Shown here: piece by piece, positions 1 to 14,100 of the stretch
How positions within the stretch are numbered: the first letter of the stretch is position 1
How the letters are laid out: each line of letters starts with the position of its first letter
Source of the DNA: Callorhinchus milii
Lineage: Eukaryota
Assembly: GCF_018977255.1 (NCBI RefSeq)
Contig: NW_024704742.1
Location: 86,988,001 to 87,052,000, forward strand
Length of the DNA stretch: 64,000 nt
Reading direction: 5' to 3'
Program-made: the position numbers and the translations under genes
The notes under the pieces: model-generated
The model's input: the letters and a program-made list of their open reading frames with translations, nothing else
Databases searched by the model: none
What the model was told of the DNA's origin: nothing

Positions 1-1837
1 AATGCTCACCCAGCACTGCACTGAAATGTCAGACTAGACTATGAGTTCGAAGTCCCTAAGTGGGGCTTGATCCCACAACCTTCTGACTCAGAAGTGACAG
101 TGCTACCAACAGAGCTAGGAAAACATCCTGATATAGCAGCAACTTCATTAAATACTCAATCCTGAGTTAAACTTCAAATCAAATCCTCGATTTTCTCCCC
201 TCCTCTTGAAAGTCCTGGGATCATCACAGGCATCTATTCACCTCTGGTATTTTCCTCAAATGACAAAATGCACAAATAATATTACCTACATACCAAGATT
301 CACTATATTGCTAATCAGTAATAGTCTGTAAAGTATTCGGGACATTTATTTGACGTGAAAGGAGGTGCTGAAATGCAAGTAATTTAGTGGATGTGAGGCT
401 GGACAGCAAGTTCAATATTGCGTTAAACTGGATAGTGAGTAAAGTGGGTATTGCTGTTGAGCCCATTCCTGTGTTCATACATTGACAGTCACATATCAAA
501 CTTGTAATAGATGATACCAAATAATTAGGCTTACAGCCTTAGCCAACTTTCACTCACAAGACCAGGGTCTTCGGTCTTTCCTGCATAACCAAAGTTCCAT
601 GCTAGGAAGTGGCTTGCACGACAATTGCAGTCTAATTTAGTATCACTCCCATTTCTGGTATTACTGCCTAAAAGATCCTACAGACTAAAGGATGGACTTC
701 ATCACAGTTGAACATCGTTTGAGGGCATCTCAGAAATGAAGGAAATCTATCAATCTTCTTTTCATTTCCCCGTCACTTTGAAATTGATGGTAACCGGAAT
801 CCAAAGTGGACCAGTACAAAGTACGTCAGTCTATTAAATATGCCTTTAAAACTGTAGTGAGTTTCCAGTGTACCAAGTAATTGAGGATACTACTGGAAGC
901 TTGTAATGCAAAGTAGTTCCAACTAAACTCAATCAAACTGGAAAAGCCGTTTATTCTTTCTGTCAGCTGGGAGTCTGACACACGTAGAAACCAATTACCA
1001 TGAGTAAGGGTATTCAAATCCAGACTGAATTCCATGCCTGCCACCTGCACATGGAAATTCCCTAATTTGGAATTGAATATGCACTCTCTCCCTAAAGTAT
1101 TATTTATTTCTAAATTTACTGTTGAAGGTAACACCCAACCCAATGGATTTACTAATATTTCTTATTTCAAAGAATAATGAAAAATACAACAGAACTCATA
1201 ATAAAATGATAGCTTCCTGACAAATTCACTTGGGAAATAATTAATTGAACATTACGATCAAGACTAATAAACGAAAAAAGCAATCAAGTACAAATAAATG
1301 CTTTGTATTCCTCGTTTAAACCTCGAGTACACAAGCACAGCTTTCAAAACAAAGGCTCTTTATCAAAGTATCATGCAACACATCTATATCATGATTTTCC
1401 ATACACGGGTAGCTTTGAAGCGTAATGCAAAAGTCAGAGAACTGTTGGAAATATTTTTCTTTAAAATAGATTCCAGCTGTAATTTAAATCTTCATTTTCT
1501 CTGGGAGAATAGGCCTGGAGAAGATAGTATAGGAAGGGTGAGGGGAGACTGAGGGGGTTTGAAGGACAGGACATTTTAAAAATGGACCCACTGGGATATG
1601 GTAAATTCATATAGCAATTCACATAACAAGTCTCAAAGCACTTCACAGGATTTGACTGTAAAGTGTAGTGACTGTGTACTCTCTAGTCGATGAACACGCC
1701 TGCAAGCAAGGCACCGAACCAGAATGCCTTAAATTCATAATAAAAAATAATTGATTGAAATGCTTTTAATAGGGAAATAAATGAATAGTTCAGAATTAAG
1801 GGTGTTAATGGATATGGAGAAACACTAAAATATCTGC

Positions 1838-2032
1838 CATGTGCTTGCTTGTTCTCATTCGTGCGCGTTTTCTCTTGCGTATGCTCGTGTGTTCGTGCGT
1901 GTTTGTGCTCATGCATGCACATTTGTTCGTGTATTCGCTCGCGTGGGCTCATGTATGTGCGTTCGTGCTTGTGTGTGTGCGCTTTTGTGCTCGTGTGTGT
2001 GCGTTTGTGCTCATGTGTGTATGTGTGCGCGT
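1838..2032. repeat. Degenerate (GTGC/GTGT)n low-complexity tract
   Basis: Alternating purine-pyrimidine gtgcgtgtgt repeats produce spurious V/C/H/T-rich ORFs; a similar tract lies at 32870-32980. Confidence 0.9.
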
Positions 2033-3637
2033 AAGAAATACACTCACATATTGGCAATTTCTCAACATTGAATTAAAACCTACATAAGAAGGTTCAAGGC
2101 CATCAATAGATTGCAATACAAGTAGATGATTGTTTATGACATAACAACGCTTCTCTGTAATATTTTAATTACATGCCGTCATTTCATAACATTGAGGCAA
2201 ACTAAAGTCAGCGTGCTTTCCTACTGTTTCCAACAGTAATTTAGTTTTGCTTATGAAAGCGTCAATTTGTACTTAAAGATTGTAAAAAAAAATTCAGGAT
2301 TCTAAATCTGTGTCTCAAAATTCAGTACCCAAATCAGGATCTCTCTCTCACGCTCCCTCCTCTTTCTCCAACCCAAGTTGATTCCACATCACATACAGGA
2401 CAACAACTTGTACTTATATAGCGCCCCGCATGCTAGGTAGCATCCCAGAGCACTTGAGAGTGGCGGAGCATGGCTCCGAGCCGGGGGGAAGGGGAAGTGA
2501 CTGTAAGCACGATCATAGAGGAAGATTTTCAGCCACAACCTGAAAATGGGGAAGGAGCGGCCAAGGTGGAGAGATAGAGGAAGATTGTTCCAGAGTTTCG
2601 GGGTGAAAGCATGGCCACCGATGGTGGAACAGAAGGCACGAAGGACAGAAGGAGACCGGAGCCAGCCAGCCTCTCTTAAGGAATCAGAAAGCAGACTTCA
2701 AATTTAGTACAGAACTCAAAACACTAGCTCACTTAACCAAGCTGAGTGAATTTAACACTAAACACATGGCAGTGCATCTTCTCCAATGCAACACATTCAG
2801 GCATAATATGCTCAGCGCATTGTGATCAGTCACATGGGAAGCTTCTTGTGCAGACTTTTACAATGTGCCTCCACCAAACACTTGCACTAATCTACAAAAT
2901 ACAGTCACTACACTTTACAGTACATCCTGTGAAGCTTTGAGACATCTTCCCACACTATATCAAATATAAGGCTTATTATGAAGTGTGAAAAGAATGGGAA
3001 AGACATTTTTTGGTTAGGCTGCGAAACCAAACACTCGTGCTTGTGTCAGCTATTTGCAGCGTTCATTGTGTCTGTCCTAGTAGGTGTACAGTATTAAATC
3101 AAGCTTATGGGACTATCATTAAATTATGCTAATTAGGTTAAGAACGAAACAGATTTCTCTCAACACTACGAACCCTATCTTTATGACTAAATCAGTCATG
3201 CCACAGAAGACATTGCCAAACAATGCCAATTAAACCCAATCTGGTATACACAAATAAGATTGTTCTAACGTATAGCGCTGTTTTTACAAAATGTGCAGCT
3301 AATATAATGGCTATTTTATGGCCATTAACGTAATTAAATTCAATCTTGAACAATCAGAGCACAAAACAATCTTTCCAGTCAAAATGCTACAGTGACAAAG
3401 TGCTGTGCTTTTGCTGCTTTGAAAAAGATCAACATTTTACTGTAAAGTTCATATTCATGTCCTCGATCAACATCCTACTTAAGTGTTAGGCAAGTTTCCT
3501 TACTCCACACGTCTGTTTGCCTAGCAGTAAGTAGGAACCTGACTGTTAGTCAATTGATTGAAGGATCGCACATTTGCAAAAAAAAAATATTCTCAGTATC
3601 TCTGTCCATAAACTAAACCTCTCCCTTCAATTCACTT

Positions 3638-4112
3638 GCCCTGTAGCTTAGTGGTTAGAGCACTCGCCTTGTAAGCGAGAGGACCTGGGTTCGATTCCTG
3701 GGTGAGGCAAAACCTTGGGCAACTTTCTGCAACTTGTTAGTCGAACAGCAGTTTACTTTTCCGGAAGTAATAATCCCTCCAAAAAAAAATTCTAGACATC
3801 TCAAGCGCTTTGGGACGTCCTCCCGACGTGAAAAGCGCTATATCAAATGCAAGGATTATTATTATTATTATTATCTCAAAGCGCTTCACAGAATATACTG
3901 TAAAGTGAATTGACTGTATATTTTGTGGGCGAAACTCTGTAGCCAATTGCGCACAGTAGTGCCCCACAAACAGTCATGGATTGAGTGACCAAATTATTAT
4001 TGTTTGTTTTCTTGAGGGATTATTACCAGGCGTATGGAGTAAAGGTTTTGCCCTGCCGGAAATCGAACCTCACTTGCAAGGCGAGTGCTCTAACCTCTGA
4101 GCTACAGGACTC
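3638..4112. mobile_element. Two tail-to-tail copies of the same SINE family (+ 3638-3873 with internal deletions; - 3874-4112)
   Basis: tRNA-like heads at 3638 (+) and 4112 (-), with shared body and tail motifs. Confidence 0.8.
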
Positions 4113-4979
4113 CTGTAAGTTAAAGATATGCAAGTTAAAGCCAAATTAGTAGGCTTGGATGGAATCAGAAATAACCAAAACGTGGTGGGGGGGAGGAAAG
4201 ATACAACAAAATGTTGAAAAATGAGAAAAACATCAAGGACAGCAACACGGGAAATCATACCTAAAGTAATGAGAAGAATGCAGAATGAAATCGGAGGTAA
4301 AATGCATTACAAATCCATCGGCCTTGCAAGCAAATCAAAACGTGCACTTTGAAACTGCTGAATGTAGAATATTTTTTTTTGAAATCACAAGTGGCTTTTA
4401 ATACAGATAAACACGAGCAGCATGCATCAGTAAGATTGCATGCCCACTCAGGATTGAATAGGAGAGCCTACAAGCCAAACTAAGAGGCTGTGGCAGATCA
4501 TCGTCACCACTGAAACAGATTTAGTCTCTCATAGTCTTGCTTCTGTTTAACAACTGCTCTTATCCAACCCATTCAGGTACCTCTACCTTGGCATCTCCTG
4601 CTTTTGTAAGCATGTGCATTTTATGCCCATCTCTGTCACCAACTCTGTTCCTTAGTGCTCCATGCAACTACTTCAATTTCCTCTCTCACAATTCCCTTGT
4701 TCTTTTCAGTGAATCCTGCAAAACGGTTTGAGATGTCCTATGGATGAGATAAGTACTGTATCAAAAGCAAGGACAATTATGATCATGAATGCAGGTTCCC
4801 TTCTCCAGTACTTCCATATTCAGGATGCCCCATTTATCCCAGTATACTAACACAACCCTCATTGGGCAACACAATCCTTTCCTTGCAACACTGGCTACTT
4901 TCAAATTATTTTAATTCAACTGAAAACAAACATCAGTGCCAAGGGATTCAAATGACATTGTTAAGATCACTCTGAAGGA

Positions 4980-6430
4980 TGGAATAACTGCACATCTTGA
5001 GATTGAGAATATAATTAAGCCCAGCCAGCATAGATTTCTAAAATGAAGGTCAGGTTGAATCTTATTGAATCTTTTCAAAGATGGAACAGATGACGTACTT
5101 AAGGGAACAACAACGCTGAGCTGGGGGGAGGTGGCCGTAAGCACGGTCAAAGAGGAAGGTCTTCAGGCACAAACTGAAGGTAGGAAAGGAAGGGGCAAGG
5201 CAGAGGGTTTGAGGGAGAGCGTTCCAGAGTTTTGGTGCGTAGTGGTTGAAATCCAGGCCACTGATGGAACGGAGGGCACAAGTGACAAACAGGAGGCTGG
5301 AGCCAGATGGCCGGAGATAACAGTAGTGGGTTGGGGAGTAAGCAGGTCGAGGAGGAAGGGAGGTGGCAGGGTGTGCAGGTATTTGAAGAAGAGTGTGACG
5401 ATCTTGAAATGGATCTGTTTGGTGATAGGAAAACAGGGAAACTTGGCAAGAACTGATGTGATGGGGGGGTAGGAGTTTAGCAGGACGAGTAAGTGGGCAG
5501 TGGAGTTTTGGATATTTGGATTCTGTGGATAGTGGAGTTGGGAAAAATACACTGGATGTTGTATATGTGGATATTCAGAAGGCCTACAATAAGGTGCTAC
5601 GTAAGAGGTTAAAATCGGGACATGTAGATTCCTGGAAGGGGTAGCAGAATGGTTTGAGGGATGGCTGAAAAAATAGAAACCAAAAGCAGGCAAGTAGGAA
5701 GTGCTGTCTCCCAAGGGACAGATTTTGGCTGCTACGATTCACAATGTACATACATAATTTAGACTCAGATATAGGAGGTTTGGTGCTGAAATTCACTGAT
5801 GACAATTAATGAGGAAAACTACAGAAAGATACACGAAGATAGACAGACTTGCAGAATGCAGATAGATAAGGTTCAATTTAGAGAAGTAGATGAATATAGA
5901 GAAGTTCAATATAGAAAAATGTGAAATGATTCACTTTAGTAGGAGGAATAAAAATTGTAATAAGATAACAGGAGCAAAGAGATCTGGAAATTCAGATAAA
6001 CACGTCTCTCAAAATAGCAGCAGAGGTGAACATAGCCATTAAGAATACAGATAGAGTCCTGGCATTTATGTCCAGAAGATACTTGTTGGCAAATTCATAA
6101 CGAGAGGACATAAATAGTTACCAACAGATCTAAAAGAGTTTAGGAAGAACTTCTTTATGCAGAGGATGATGAGAGTGTGGAACTGACTGCCAGAAGCGCT
6201 ATGGTTGAAGAAGATAGCAACAATACATTTACAACAACAACAAAATTACGTTTGTATAGTGCCTTTCACGTCTTTGAGAGGTCATTCAAAGCACACATGA
6301 ATGAGAAGGGAATAGTGCGGTTGGGGAAGGGGGCCTTAGAATGGATATAGGCTTATGTGAAATATAGAGACTGGCATGGTCTGGGAGGACCAAATGGCCT
6401 GTTTCAGCAGTAGATTCCATGTAATTCTAT
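4980..6430 (+). mobile_element. Degenerate CR1 LINE (RT and 3' end) interrupted by an antisense L2 fragment (about 5105-5540)
   Basis: Remnants of ...PSQHRFL...LIESF and DVVYVDIQKAYNKV, KFTDD, plus the CR1 tail ccaaatggcctgtttc...tccatgtaattctat. The nested ORF 5163..5714(-) is L2-like (PITSVLAKF...FKIVTL). Confidence 0.8.
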
Positions 6431-7106
6431 ATAGCTCTGCTATCTGTCAACCTTGAAGATGGGCTGTGCGCCTTGGCTCTTAGTTTGAAGTTGAAAAAGA
6501 GATTTTGTTCGGCATTTCTGGCCTACTTAACTAATTTTACAAATGACACAAGATTAAACATTAAGTAAGACAATAATTTGCAGTGGTCCACTAAAAAGCA
6601 TCTAGAGTACATTACACTTTAGATTCTTTTTGGGGGGAGGGAATGTAGGTTTTCTGTGTCTCCTTGCAACCTTTGCAATTAAAAACACAGAAAACCATTT
6701 TTGGAAGGTTTTATGAAAGCACAATTAATAAACCAATTCATTTTTCAAGTAAGGCAAGAGTTTTGGTATTGCCTTTGTAAGGTTAAGCACTGAACCATTC
6801 TGTATTGTTTTTCCAAATTACAGCTGTATGGTTCAATACTGTGAATGTTTCATCAATCAAGTTAGAACTGACGTGGACAAAAAGATTTTTTAAAATTGCA
6901 CATAGGGTGATAGACTTGGACAAATATACATTATTATAGCACCTTTTACATCAGGACGATGTCTCAAAGTGCTTTACAAAGCTAGTAGGCCATTGCTGCA
7001 GACAGTGTAAATTGCTTCCAGAAGTAGCTACTGTATATGGTTTTTGGGAAGAAAATTTGGTAATAAAGCAAGTAAATGGACATTGAGATTAAGATTAAAA
7101 AAGTCT

Positions 7107-7445
7107 AATAGTAATCCTTGCATTTGATATAGCGCCATTTCACATCTTCGAGACGTCTCAAAGCACTTCACAGAATATACTGTAAAGTGAATTGACTTTA
7201 TTTTGTGGGCAAAACGCAGCAGCCAATTGCACACCGCAGTGTCCCATAAATAGTTGGGATTGAGTGCCCAATTCTTTTTTAGGAATTATTATCCCCGGAA
7301 AAGCGATCCACCAATTGACTGTCAATCGGGTTCCTACTTACGGCTAGGTAAACAGAGGCGAGTGGAGTAAGGAAACTTGCCCAACATTTCGCCCTGCCGG
7401 GAATTGAACCCAAATCTCTGGCTTGAGAAACGAGCTACAGGACTT
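7107..7445 (-). mobile_element. SINE, long form retaining the central gcctctgtttacctagcagtaagtaggaacc module
   Basis: Same head and tail as the young SINE plus about 60 nt extra in the centre. Further copies at 15066-15355 (+), 25303-25600 (-) and 27345-27525 (-). Confidence 0.82.
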
Positions 7446-7709
7446 TGAGTCCTGAAGACTCGTCAAGATTTGCTAGCTCATTCTTCTTCATATTGAAGAT
7501 ATCTAGACAAATCAACTAACAACTCTTGACGTTATCCCGCACAGCGCCACACAATGTAGCACATGAACTGCAGTGCCACCAGTAAAGCTCTGTTCAGTTG
7601 GATGCTCATTTTAAAAAAAGGTTTTTGTATTTTTTGGTCAGCACATGCAGAAACCCATCACTGTGCTTGGGGGCATCCAAACCATTTAGCAATAAGTATT
7701 CCAACCAAC

Positions 7710-8110
7710 ATTTCCCTGTGTCTGGAATGGAATGTGCACTTTCTCCCTGGAGGGACACACCCTATCCAGTTAATGTGAACAGTATAAGGTGCAGGTTGGG
7801 TGAGAGTCAATGTTTGCAAATCCCAGAGTGTGCATTGGGGCATACTGTTGGCGTTTAACCATCAAAAGACACAGTCTGTCATCAAGAGCATTGTTTGGCA
7901 AACTTCCTGCTGCTTGTCCAAATAGGATAACCACATTTGTTAGGGCTTTGGCTTGCAGGATTAACAAGAGCTAAGTGGGAAGAATCCCTGCTCCCAGTGA
8001 CTGGTTTGCCCCTCCAAGTCCTGATGATGAACCAGGCTACCTGGCCTGACCACCAGATGGAGGTGCAGAGCTTGAGTAGCTTGCACGGCTCCTTTAACCA
8101 CTGTCTGATT
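7710..8110. repeat. Unclassified old interspersed repeat, three copies (7710-8110, 22740-22990, reverse complement at 49060-49490)
   Basis: Shared blocks tttccctgtgtctggaatg; ttggcttgca.g.ttaaca.ga.c.aagtgggaagaat...ccccagtgactg; gatga.c.ag.ct. Confidence 0.75.
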
Positions 8111-11100
8111 CCCAATTACTTCTTGATGCCAGTGAATAGAAAAGGCAGTCCAGTTAACTGCCTTCAGCTTTTTGAAAAGCTCCAGTTATTCCACAGCCAG
8201 TGTGGTGCTGGAACAACACCACCAAATCACATTTGTATAGCTCCTTTCACTTCAGGAGGACATCCCAAAGTGCTGGACAAGGATGTACACCCGAACTCGG
8301 GATCAGGAGGAGTGGAGGACAGGGAGGTTGGGGGTAGGAGCGTGACCAAAGGCGCAGTCGAAGAGGAAGGTCTTGAGACATGTCTTGAAGGAAGCAAGGG
8401 CGGGTGGGGGGCAGAAGCTCAGGGAGTTTTCAGAGTAATGCAGGACTCTACATTCTCTGGGTAATCGATAACGCCCTCTCTTTCCCATCCCACTCCTTGG
8501 CACTGCAGAATTTGTACTAACTTGTCTATTCAGGCAAATGGGAAAATTTTACAATACTGTTTTTTTTAAAAAAAGCCAATCCAACCAGCTTTTTTAAAAA
8601 AAAAACATGAAGTTGTAATATATTGTTTCCCAAGTTCAACCTATCACAGTCATTTGTCATAGTGTTCAGTGGCAGCTTGAACCACTCACCACATCTCCAT
8701 TTGGTTATGAGACTCACCAACATCCTGTTCACAGGCAGACCAGAACTGTGAAAAGCCAGGTCTGTATTTTGCATTTTATAAAACTCTTTACATAATTGCG
8801 TGGGTGTGCAGGACAGAGTAAAGTTATTCAATGAATCTTATTTCCATAATTTATTTACGTGCAGAGGCTTGGATTAATCTCCTACTCGATTCAGTCCCTT
8901 TGGTTACAGTGAATTCTGATCTCCAAGACACATTGGGATGGAATCAAAATAAAAATTGGGAAGTGAAAGGATACATACGCATGGTCTTTGGCAGCTAGCG
9001 CTTCTACTACATTGGTACCATTTTGACCACAGACTAGAATCACAGTTAAAGCAGAGCCCATTCAATGCACCGGACTGGCTCTCAAAGCAAACTGCATTTC
9101 CAATCCCACTGCCCGGCCCCATCTCCTTAGTCCTTCTAATCTTTAGTTTTCATACATCTTTCACTGCCTCCTTGAATACCCCAAATGGTCTCTGCCTCTA
9201 CCACCTGACTTGGCACAGTATTCCACATCCCAACATTCCAATACACATTTACATTCATATAGTGCCTTTCACACTGGGAGCACATCCCAAGATGCTGAAC
9301 TATTTAAGGTAAGGTTTACAACCGACTTGGGGTGGGGGAAAGATGGCAGAATGCATGGTCAAAAACGAAGGTCTTGAAGCAGACCTTAAAGGAGGCAAGG
9401 GAAGGGGCCTGGTAAAGGGATGGAATTCAGAGGATGGGGCCAGATATGCTGAATGCCCGACCAAAGATGGTGGGGTCGGTGGGAGGACATGAAGCAGGTC
9501 TTCGCCCGCTAAGCGGAGAGAGCAACCAGGTTTGTAGATTTTGACCAAGTGGTGGAGCAAAACCACAGAGGGATTTAAACGTTAGGACGAGGATCTTGAA
9601 CTAGAAAAACTCTGTATGAAAATATTTCTCCTAATCTCTCCATTGGCTCTTTCTGTAGCAATCTTAAATCTACGTCCCATACTGCCCTCAGTGGAAATAG
9701 CTTTTCCTTATTCACCGGGTTGACCTCCCTCAATTTTGTACACAAATACCACTTGTAGACCAGTAGATCCTGGGACAGACGATGAGCCGGCTGCATGGTA
9801 CATCTTCAACATACAACTTTCTGGATGTCCTGCTTGTAATGTGTAACTGCATTTACAGGACAGTGGGCAGAGGCAGCAGCTGTTCACGTAAAGGGGATGC
9901 ACAACAACATTGTCGTCCACCCTAACCCAGCCGGAGAAAATCAAAGGCGTGTTATTAGTATTTTACTTAGATCAAGTTTCTCTCACACTTTTGGTTTGGA
10001 TAAAGTGCTCAGTTCAAATGGCATTGTGATGTGGATACATAATTAGGACTGAAAGAATTGCTCTTTAAAAGATTACCAGCACAGACATGGTGGGCTGAAT
10101 GGCCTTCTATAGCTGTAAATTTCTATAGCTGTAATAACCCTACTTGTGCCCATGAGGATTCAGAGTTATTTATTCTCATGCCACACAGGATAAATTACAC
10201 TATATGCTGCATTTAGCTTCCCTTCCAGTGTCCTAATTGTAAAGCTAAGATTTGGTTCTAACTCACTGTTTAGCAATACAATGCAAGATCACCTTGTAAG
10301 CTCATACACAGGACTTTTGGCATTGATGTTATTGGAGACTTAGAAGACTGTAGATGGAAAAAATCAATTGGGATCTTTAAAAAGGGTATATACAGATACA
10401 TGATAAGTAAGGGATATGGGGATAAACTGGGGAATTGCTATTTAAAATAGTCTTGGAATGTCCTCCCAATATGAGAGGTCCTATATACATGCAATTTGTT
10501 GTAGTAAAATATCTACCACAATCCAATAACCTGACAAAACAGGCTTGGTTGGTTCACTGACCTCCTTCATTTTCTATGTTCCTGAAAAAATATTAAATGG
10601 TACTGGAAAAAATAATACTAAAGTTTCCTAGATCCAAAGTCTGCTTTAATGTGTCAAGTAATCAAAAGGTACTTTAGGTAAAATGGTACATTGGTCACTT
10701 TGTTTTGTGTCTTCTTAGAGCATTTTAAAGTAGTTTTAGAAATTGGTATTTCATCTAGATTCCTACAGGTGCAATAACATTCACAATTTTCTGGCACAGG
10801 CATCAGTAAGGTACACCCAGCCAAATAATGAAGACAGAATGTTATTGACAGTGAATGGATCGGCTACATCTGTCCTCATGTATTAAGATCTGTATTAGAA
10901 GCTGTGTTATTTCACATGGAATGTCATGTACCTTCCGTTTAGTCTCATACCAAAATGCTCACAGGTGACTTATGCTGACAGTACTAAGGCAATGTCCCAT
11001 CACTTCATATTTACGTACAGTTGCCTGGCAGTTTCATAGATCCAAACTTGGGATGTTGGCTGCATGAGATTTTTAATTCCACTCAGGATTCACGGCAGGC

Positions 11101-14100
11101 TTAAAAGAAATACCCAATCTGCTGACTAACTTTAGTGTGCTCAATAGTCAGAAGAAATACTCACACAGGGATTAAGAGTGAGGCAAGGTTGGGAAAGAAA
11201 ACTGATCAAAGAGTGTACTTATTTTCTTATTATACTACACACAATCTTGCCCCTCCTCCATTTTCTGCCCTCTCGTCCCCCTGGACCATGCACTTTCTGC
11301 TCCCTGACCACCACAAGAAAACTCTGCAAGAGATCAATAGTGATTACCCCATTATCTGCCCTCTACAATGTACGGAACACATTTGGTTTCTGCTCAGCAG
11401 TTCTCCCTCGTGACATGCAGATCAGGGGGCATCAATATGGAAGACAACAAAGGAATGCAAACCCGTGTCCATTTCCCCATAAAAGACAACAGAGTATTAA
11501 AAACAAAAACTCATACAAGTTCCCCTCTCTTTCCAGGTCTTCTTCAGGAATGCAATAAATGCTATATTCCCCATAGTGTAATTGGTTCTTTTTTTTAAAA
11601 AAAAGCAAACTTAAATGTTTAACAACTTATAATGAAGAGCAGATCTTAAAAAACATCTCTATTGCTCACATGAGCTCTCTCCCAATCCCTACACAAGACA
11701 ATGTCCATATCTAAAATAGGCCTAGATTGTTCACTGAATGTAGCTCAATGTGTCCAATATTACTAGCAATCAACACTGGAGGCCTGAAAACAACCATAAC
11801 AACAAAATTACATTTATAGAGCACCTTTCACGGTCGGGAGGACATCCCAAAGAAGCTTTAGCAACTGTATAATAATGAAGGCAAAATGTAAAATACTGTA
11901 CTTCTAATGAAATAGTTTAATCCCAGCCCAGTCAGAAATTGAAGCAGTGTTAACACATGTACAGTTCAAGTTGTAGCATGTTTAACTGACATTTTTTAAA
12001 AAATTGATTCATGAAACTGAAACCTCGATCAAGCTCTCAACTCAAAGACAATAATAGCTATTAATAAACAGCCTAAAAATATATTCCTTATTCTCAAAAA
12101 GGCATTTCTATCATCAACAGCCTTGCTTCCAATATCTGCATTATGCAACAAGCCCTTTAAGTAAGGTTTCTGGATTCAAAAATTAACCTTATTCGAATGT
12201 CAGTGGTTTAACATAGCCAAGTGTCTCGGTCTATACTGCTCTAGGGCCAGCTGAAAAGGAAGTACAGGAGAGCAGTCTATTCTGACTTCCCCTCAGTTTT
12301 CTTCACTATGCCGAGCCATCGATGAGGTCCGTTTCAAATCACAGAGGGGCCTTATTTGGGAAGTTGGGCTACAGTGGGGAAAGGATGCCACAGACAAACT
12401 CTCAAGCTCCTACATCTTTGGTAGAAAACACATTGCACCACAAACATAGGGTTACGTATGACAAGGAAATAGGTCATTCGGCCCAATTAGTCCACACTGG
12501 TGTTTATACTCGACATGAGCCCACACCCCTCCCATTTCCCTCTTCTATACTCCTCTATTCCCTTCTCCCTCATTTATGCACTAAGTTCTCTCTTAAATAC
12601 ATTGTCGCCATTTGCCTTGACCACAGTCTCCGGCAGCGAATACCACATTCTCACCACCGTCTGTCAGATCTACAAAACATCCACAAAAATGCATACATTT
12701 GGCTGAAATATATTTAACCAACTTCAATGAAGCTGCCATCATGTTTCAGTAGCTTGCATTTAACTTCCAAACACAGACGACTACCATTTACTCAAAACCT
12801 CAACATCGAGTGATGTAAAGTATCAGAAGAAAAGATCGACAAAACTAAGCATGTATAATACAAGCTCTTCACATGAAAGTTGAACTGGGGCGGGGGTAGA
12901 AAATAGTGTTTGGGGTCTGAGTTGACCCTCGTTCTCATACATCATGACCGCGCCCGCTTCTGAGTGCATGTGTGTGTCTGGGCACTGGATCGAACTCCTG
13001 CTCACTCAACTCACTGACTACTACGCTCGCTTTACTTTATGTCCCATCATACACCTCGGAGAGCAGCACCCCTCTCTGGGGTTGACTGCAGAAATGTTTG
13101 TGAGCTGTAGATAGATTTGGGGGAGGGGGAAGAGATCTGAGCCTCCTCTAGCCCAAGCCATCTATGACAGAGCACATCTGTTTATTCCCACTTTCTGCAC
13201 TAATAGATGACAGCAAGTTGCTGTTTAAGTAGCAGCTTTTACTTAGATGCAAGTCTTGAAAAGCTTAACAGGTCTAATAGAGAGAATGGAGCAGGGATAA
13301 AGTAAGACTTAAAGATGCTGACCAAAAGCACAGTCATAGACAAAGCATATGCGTTTAATAAGGTTTTGATTTGCAAGAGAGAATGGAAGTAAAGCAGAGA
13401 TTTTGGAAGAGATTGATGGGGGCAGAGGCATGAAGAATCGGTCACCAATGACTGATGGAGCAGCAAGGTGAGCAAAAGAACAGAATCAGGAGAACCAAGG
13501 ACATGGCAGGAGTGTCGGGCTTGAAGACAGTGAGGAGGTGAAAATGTCAAGAGATTTAATGGCAAGAACAAGGATCTCAAAAGTGTATCCGCTGGGGCAC
13601 AGGCAACCAGTGGAACTTAGTGAGGATAGGAGCAATAGATGTACAGAGCCTAACACAGAACAGGGGCTGCCCTGCATTTTCCTAGCATTTAGGAATGGAT
13701 CAGCCCCATCTATTTCAGCGTCAGCGGGCATTAATTGAGAGAATCGTAAATTGATTTTTTTGCCACCCCACCTCCATCGCCCACAAATATACAGTCAATT
13801 CACTTTATAGTATATTCTGTGAAGTTCTTTGAGATGTCTAGAAGAAGTGATAAGGCGCTCTATCAAATTCAAGGATTATTATTATTGCAAGAGTTCTCCA
13901 AAGGCAGGCCAAGAACAGACAAAACCGATACCCAAACAGTAGCAGATGAATCCAGAGACAGACAGCTTTCACAGTAGAATCACAAAGATCTAATTATAGG
14001 AAGTACCATTGCAGGTGGTGCAGCACCTAACTCAATTCTACATGAAGGATTTTACAGAAAATTAGAATTCAAAGAAACCCCAGAACCAAAATGCATTAAC

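Noticed and set aside
1683..2087. Overlapping ORFs of 61-124 aa
   Set aside because: Translations of a GT/GC low-complexity tract; no protein signal.
8718..8761. Minus-strand micro-exon with a GTGAGT donor
   Set aside because: The acceptor context is purine-rich and ambiguous, and there is no coding similarity; it cannot be supported without transcripts.
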